A DNA stretch of 64,000 bases from Nitrosopumilus sp. (GTDB lineage: Archaea > Thermoproteota > Nitrososphaeria > Nitrososphaerales > Nitrosopumilaceae): the NCBI GenBank assembly GCA_965218695.1, contig OZ244651.1:1824001-1888000 (forward strand), given 5' to 3'. The notes beneath the pieces are model-generated. The model was not told the origin of the DNA. It saw nothing but the letters and a program-made list of their open reading frames with translations, and ran no database searches. The first letter of the stretch is position 1; each line of letters begins with the position of its first letter. Shown here in pieces: positions 59,448 to 64,000 of this stretch. Made by a program: the position numbers and the translations under genes.

Positions 59448-61634
59448 ATGAGCCAGAACTCTCTGTCACTCAAGGTACTAGAGGCGTACACCCGGGACGT
59501 TGGAAGGGGCGTTGCAAGGATCGACTACGATTCCATGGACACCCTCAATGCATCCACAGGCGACGTAATCGAGATCAAGGGCAAGAGAAGGACGGTCGCA
59601 AAGTGCCTTCCGCTGTATCCGTCCGACGAGGGAAAGGGAATAATCAGGATTGACGGGCTCGGCAGGAACAACTCCGGAATTGCGATCGGGGACACCATTG
59701 CAGTCAGAAAGATCAAGGCAGTCGCAGCAGAAAAGGTGGTGGTGGCACCACTCGAGGCCATTCCGCCAATAGATGAGCGGTACCTTGCAGACGCACTGGA
59801 GAGCGTTCCATTAATCAAGGGCGACAACGTCATGGTTCCATACTTTGGCGGACGCCTGACATTCCAGGTGATCGGCGTTACGCCTGCAGTAGATGCGGTT
59901 CTGGTAACACAAAAGACGACATTTCACATAGCAGAAAAGGGCGAGACGCTGCGCGGCGTCCCGCAGGTAACCTATGAGGATATTGGAGGGCTTACAGACG
60001 AGATAAAGAAGGTCAGGGAGATGATCGAGCTTCCGCTGAGGCACCCGGAGATATTTGAAAAGCTGGGGATTGAGGCGCCAAAGGGGGTGCTGTTGTACGG
60101 TCCTCCCGGAACAGGCAAGACACTCCTTGCAAAGGCAGTAGCCAACGAGAGCCACGCCCACTTTATCAGCATATCAGGGCCTGAGATTATGAGCAAGTTT
60201 TACGGTGAAAGCGAGGCGCGCCTCAGGGAGATCTTCAAGGAGGCAAGGGAGAAGGCCCCATCCATAATATTCGTAGACGAGATAGACTCCATTGCCCCAA
60301 AGAGGGAAGAGGTGACAGGAGAGGTCGAAAGAAGGGTGGTATCCCAGATGCTCTCGCTCATGGACGGCCTAGAGGCAAGGGGCAAGGTGATCGTAATATC
60401 TGCGACAAACAGGCCAAACGCAATCGATCCCGCACTCAGAAGACCCGGAAGGTTCGACAGGGAGATCGAGATCAAGGTGCCTGACAAGAAGGGAAGAAAG
60501 GACATCCTTGCAATCCACAGCAGGAACATGCCGCTTTCAGACGACGTCAACATAGACAAGATATCCGCAGTCAGCCACGGATACGTCGGGGCGGACCTGG
60601 AGTACCTCTGCAAGGAGGCTGCCATGAAGTGCCTGAGGAGGCTGCTGCCGATTCTCAACCTGGAGGAGGAAAAGATTCCCACAGAGACCCTGGACAAGCT
60701 CATCGTAAACCACGAGGACTTTACAAAGGCGCTAATCGAGATTACCCCGTCAGGTATGAGGGAGGTGTTCATTGAGAACCCCGATGTCATGTGGGAGGAT
60801 GTGGGAGGACTGGAGGCTGTAAAGCGGGAGCTGCAGGAGGCAGTCGAATGGCCCATGAAGTATCCCGGCCTCTATGACAAGCTGGGCCACAGCATGCCAA
60901 GGGGAATTCTGTTGCACGGCCCAAGCGGCACGGGCAAGACGCTCCTTGCAAAGGCAGTAGCCACGCAGAGCGAGGCAAACTTTGTATCGGTAAGGGGCCC
61001 GGAGCTCCTCTCAAAATGGGTGGGCGAGTCCGAAAGGGGCATCAGGGAGATCTTCAAGAGGGCGCGCCAGTCTGCACCATGCGTCATATTCTTCGACGAG
61101 ATAGACTCGATTGCTCCCGTAAGGGGTGCAGGCGGTGAGACTGCGGTGACAGAAAGAGTCGTCAGCCAGCTGCTCACGGAACTGGACGGAATGGAGAACA
61201 TGCACGGCGTCGTGGTGCTTGCAGCAACAAACAGGGCAGACATGATAGACCCGGCACTGCTCAGGCCCGGAAGGTTCGACAAGATAATTCAGATTCCACT
61301 GCCGGACAAGGAGAGCAGGGTGAGCATACTGAAGATCAACGCAGCACAGATACCCATAATTGACGACGTTACCGATCCCCAGTATGTCGACTTGAACAGG
61401 ATCGCAGAACAGACCGATGGAATGAGCGGTGCCGACACTGGATCCATTGCAAACACGGCAGTCTCGCTTGTCATTCACGAGTTTCTGGACTCCCATCCGG
61501 ATGTCAAGGATATTGAAAATGACAAGCTCACGGCCAAGGTGACAATGAAGCACTTTGAAGAGGCCGTAAAGAAGGTCAGGGAACAGAAGGATCTCAAGCT
61601 GGGCGAAAAACTGGCAGTTACCTATTACAGGTAG
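59448..61634 (+). CDS. cdc48: Cdc48/VAT AAA+ ATPase
   Basis: N domain plus two AAA modules ([26 protein letters not shown]); C-terminal YYR (HbYX). Confidence 0.96.
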   Translation: MSQNSLSLKVLEAYTRDVGRGVARIDYDSMDTLNASTGDVIEIKGKRRTVAKCLPLYPSDEGKGIIRIDGLGRNNSGIAIGDTIAVRKIKAVAAEKVVVAPLEAIPPIDERYLADALESVPLIKGDNVMVPYFGGRLTFQVIGVTPAVDAVLVTQKTTFHIAEKGETLRGVPQVTYEDIGGLTDEIKKVREMIELPLRHPEIFEKLGIEAPKGVLLYGPPGTGKTLLAKAVANESHAHFISISGPEIMSKFYGESEARLREIFKEAREKAPSIIFVDEIDSIAPKREEVTGEVERRVVSQMLSLMDGLEARGKVIVISATNRPNAIDPALRRPGRFDREIEIKVPDKKGRKDILAIHSRNMPLSDDVNIDKISAVSHGYVGADLEYLCKEAAMKCLRRLLPILNLEEEKIPTETLDKLIVNHEDFTKALIEITPSGMREVFIENPDVMWEDVGGLEAVKRELQEAVEWPMKYPGLYDKLGHSMPRGILLHGPSGTGKTLLAKAVATQSEANFVSVRGPELLSKWVGESERGIREIFKRARQSAPCVIFFDEIDSIAPVRGAGGETAVTERVVSQLLTELDGMENMHGVVVLAATNRADMIDPALLRPGRFDKIIQIPLPDKESRVSILKINAAQIPIIDDVTDPQYVDLNRIAEQTDGMSGADTGSIANTAVSLVIHEFLDSHPDVKDIENDKLTAKVTMKHFEEAVKKVREQKDLKLGEKLAVTYYR

Positions 61635-61697
61635 CAGTAGTAGCATTCTAGCGTGGTTTTAGCATCCCATGGTGAGACACCAGGCATTCTTTGGAAG

Positions 61698-63203
61698 TTA
61701 AACAAGAAAGAGAAAGACCGACGCTGGAATCATCACATATTCCGAGTGGACGTCAAGACGATCCTTGGAGATGACCAGTCCTTTGTTGCTTGTGTTGTTT
61801 AGGAATTTGTACATGCCTGCTAGATCCTTAGTGGCCTTGTTTCTGTATTTTACCTCAATGGGTACTTCGATCTTGTCACCATCATAGTATACAAAATCTA
61901 CCTCCTTGCCATCCTCAGTGTAATAAAAGAGGCGATAATGGTGGTCAAAATTCTGCTTATTGGGACTAGAATTAAAGGCTAGTCTAACAAGGTGATTGGC
62001 CACTATACTTTCAACAAGGACTCCCTTGTTGTCATCATGGTCCAAGTATTTCGAACTTGTGTCAAAGTAGCCTGTTGACTTTGTCCAAGCGTTAAACATA
62101 TGGAAGAAGAACGGATCGGCAAAGTAGATCTTTTTGTTGCGGCGAAACATCGGACTCTTGTCATTCTTGTTGCATCCGTAGACTGTCAGCAAAATAAAAA
62201 GATCTGACAGTGTCTGCACGGAATCTTGCACTGTCTTGTGGGTGCTTATGTCCGCACTCCGGGCCATATTGTTCCAAGAAGCATTACTTCCATGCGACTT
62301 TACAATCTCCCTTCCCAAGCGTTTTAAGAGATCTGGGTTCCTGCCTAGTCTAGACCACTCTCCGGTGATGCTGTCCATGTAGTTGTTATACACATTTTCC
62401 GAGATTGGCCATGCGGATGCTTGGGAGTTCACCACGAATGGTATTCCTCCGCTGTACATGTATCTCCACAACAGATCATCTAATGTGGCCTGATACATGT
62501 GGATCTGTTCTACTGATCTGTCAATCTCACCATTCACCAAGTTGCCAAATGTCGTAAGTCTGTTCTGGAATGAGAGGAGACTATTTCTGTCAATTAATTC
62601 CTCAATGTCACGGTCAAGCGCACTGGCGTATTCTGAAAACTTCAACGGCGGCAAAATCTTGTCATAGCTCTCCGTGATTCTTCCTCTGCGTCCGGGCAGC
62701 CGTTCGATAGATTTTCTCAGATCTATTGCGTCCGAACCTGTTGCCATGATCGTGCTGTTTGGTATTTTGTTTCTGTCCACTAGAGATTTGATCCCTTTCT
62801 GCCAGTTTGGAACAGTCGATACCTCGTCCAAGAAAAGGTAACACCTATCGCCATCACGCATTCTGCGCGTTATTCGTCTATACGCCTCTACCACATCCAC
62901 TAGCTCACGCGGAGTCTTACACAAGTCAAGGGAATAATAAAATATGTTCCATGGCAGTGTGCCTTCCTCTAGAAATTTCTTAATCTGCAATTTTATCATA
63001 GTCGTCTTGCCGATCTGTCGTGTACCTCTCAACGTGTATACAACGGTATTTTCTGGCTCAAAATCATAGGTTATCATGTGCATTATTCTTGGTGTAATAT
63101 GCAGTTTCGATCTTTCCCATGCTTGAATCTCTGGGTCATCGTAGATCTTCTCTATACTCCTCCACCAAGGATTTGCGCTTATGATCTCACTTTCCTTAAT
63201 CAT
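61698..63203 (-). CDS. AAA_14/DUF4143 ATP-binding protein with a C-terminal nuclease-like motif
   Basis: GTRQIGKT, FLDEV, TGS, GGIP, KKIYFADP and EVDF...PIEVK motifs. Confidence 0.88.
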   Translation of the reverse strand: MIKESEIISANPWWRSIEKIYDDPEIQAWERSKLHITPRIMHMITYDFEPENTVVYTLRGTRQIGKTTMIKLQIKKFLEEGTLPWNIFYYSLDLCKTPRELVDVVEAYRRITRRMRDGDRCYLFLDEVSTVPNWQKGIKSLVDRNKIPNSTIMATGSDAIDLRKSIERLPGRRGRITESYDKILPPLKFSEYASALDRDIEELIDRNSLLSFQNRLTTFGNLVNGEIDRSVEQIHMYQATLDDLLWRYMYSGGIPFVVNSQASAWPISENVYNNYMDSITGEWSRLGRNPDLLKRLGREIVKSHGSNASWNNMARSADISTHKTVQDSVQTLSDLFILLTVYGCNKNDKSPMFRRNKKIYFADPFFFHMFNAWTKSTGYFDTSSKYLDHDDNKGVLVESIVANHLVRLAFNSSPNKQNFDHHYRLFYYTEDGKEVDFVYYDGDKIEVPIEVKYRNKATKDLAGMYKFLNNTSNKGLVISKDRLDVHSEYVMIPASVFLFLV

Positions 63204-63212
63204 GTATGTTCG

Positions 63213-63286
63213 CTACCAACCACTTTATATAATCTTACAGTTTAGACTACCAATTACTTTATATAATCTTACAGTTTAGACTACCA
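63213..63286 (-). repeat. 34-bp tandem duplication containing a TATA-like box
   Basis: CTACCAA(CC/TT)ACTTTATATAATCTTACAGTTTAGA twice, plus a final CTACCA. Confidence 0.9.
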
Positions 63287-63289
63287 GCT

Positions 63290-63405
63290 GTTTCGTATGA
63301 CTTTGCACGGTGCATGTCTTGAAATGTCTTAGTATTCGGGCACAGGCAGGACGCGCTTTTCCCGGTGTTAGCATTCTTCCATCGTGTTGAGGCACGGTAA
63401 GTCCC
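63290..63405 (-). pseudogene. IS630 transposase 3' remnant
   Basis: AGTATTC...GCAGG...TTTTCCCGGTG..AGCATTCTTCCA..GTTGAG..ACGGT aligns by eye to about 29060-29135. Confidence 0.6.
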
Positions 63406-64000
63406 TGATCCGAACCTCGTGGTTTTTTTTCTTTTCTGTACGCCCTTTCAGGTTATTCCAATTTAGTGCTGTTTAGACATCACCACATATTCTTTTTTTT
63501 TCATTTAATTTTTGTCCCTCCTGGTATTGCTCAATTTGTGAATTATAAATTAGTTTTTCTTCCCTAATTTGAAGAGGTAACAAGTGTGTGTTTTATTTTT
63601 GCTTTTAGCTTAGAATATATCCCGACGATAACCAATTTTTCAAAAAACTTGCGCTGTTCCCTTCAGGGAAAAGATCGTTCTTCACAACGGATACAGTTTG
63701 CAAAAAATATTTTATTTCCCCAAAAAGCATTTGAAAATGCCGTAAATATTGCGACAAACAAGATTGCTGACGCACCCTACGCAGAAGAGACGGTTTGGAA
63801 GGAATAAAATGAAATATTGTCCGGTCATGCTCTTCTGTGCCCTCTAGATTACGCTGCAGAGCATTAGCCTTTCAATATGATCATTCAATCCGGATCTCAG
63901 TTCCATTTCCACGTGGAACACTAATCCATGATTATTTATTTTTAAAAGAAATAGTTGTGTGCGTGCCCTCGGAAAATGCTCACCCCTCTGGTGCCCGGAA

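Noticed and set aside
63213-63286. Possible CRISPR array
   Set aside because: A contiguous tandem duplication without spacers; no cas genes.

Overview
The window comes from an archaeal chromosome, almost certainly Nitrososphaerota (Thaumarchaeota, Nitrosopumilaceae-like). Evidence for this: tetraether synthase Tes, a PEFG-CTERM protein, F420-dependent NADP reductase, TrmB, pelota, Cdc48, uL2 and an archaeal SRP RNA. Housekeeping blocks (about 4.3-14 kb, 41-49 kb and 54.7-61.6 kb) alternate with a surface-glycan locus (about 17-40 kb) and secreted/surface proteins. The IS load is very high: 12 transposase-bearing elements (IS5 groups, IS630, IS66, ISH3), a MITE and several remnants cover roughly 17 kb, about a quarter of the window by my boundary count. 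I could read terminal repeats and target duplications for most of them. Four host genes (a Fic protein, two GT4 glycosyltransferases and the PEFG-CTERM protein) rejoin in frame when the elements are removed. RNA genes not shown by the ORF track: tRNA-Arg(UCG), SRP RNA, and a box C/D sRNA whose D guide predicts 2'-O-methylation of wobble C34 in tRNA-Leu(CAA). No CRISPR array, prophage or retroelement was seen. I found no clearly new multi-gene system. The best leads are the C/D guide, the IS-sliced glycan locus with nested elements, and a secreted triple-P-domain/DUF2330 gene pair. All assignments are by eye, without database searches.
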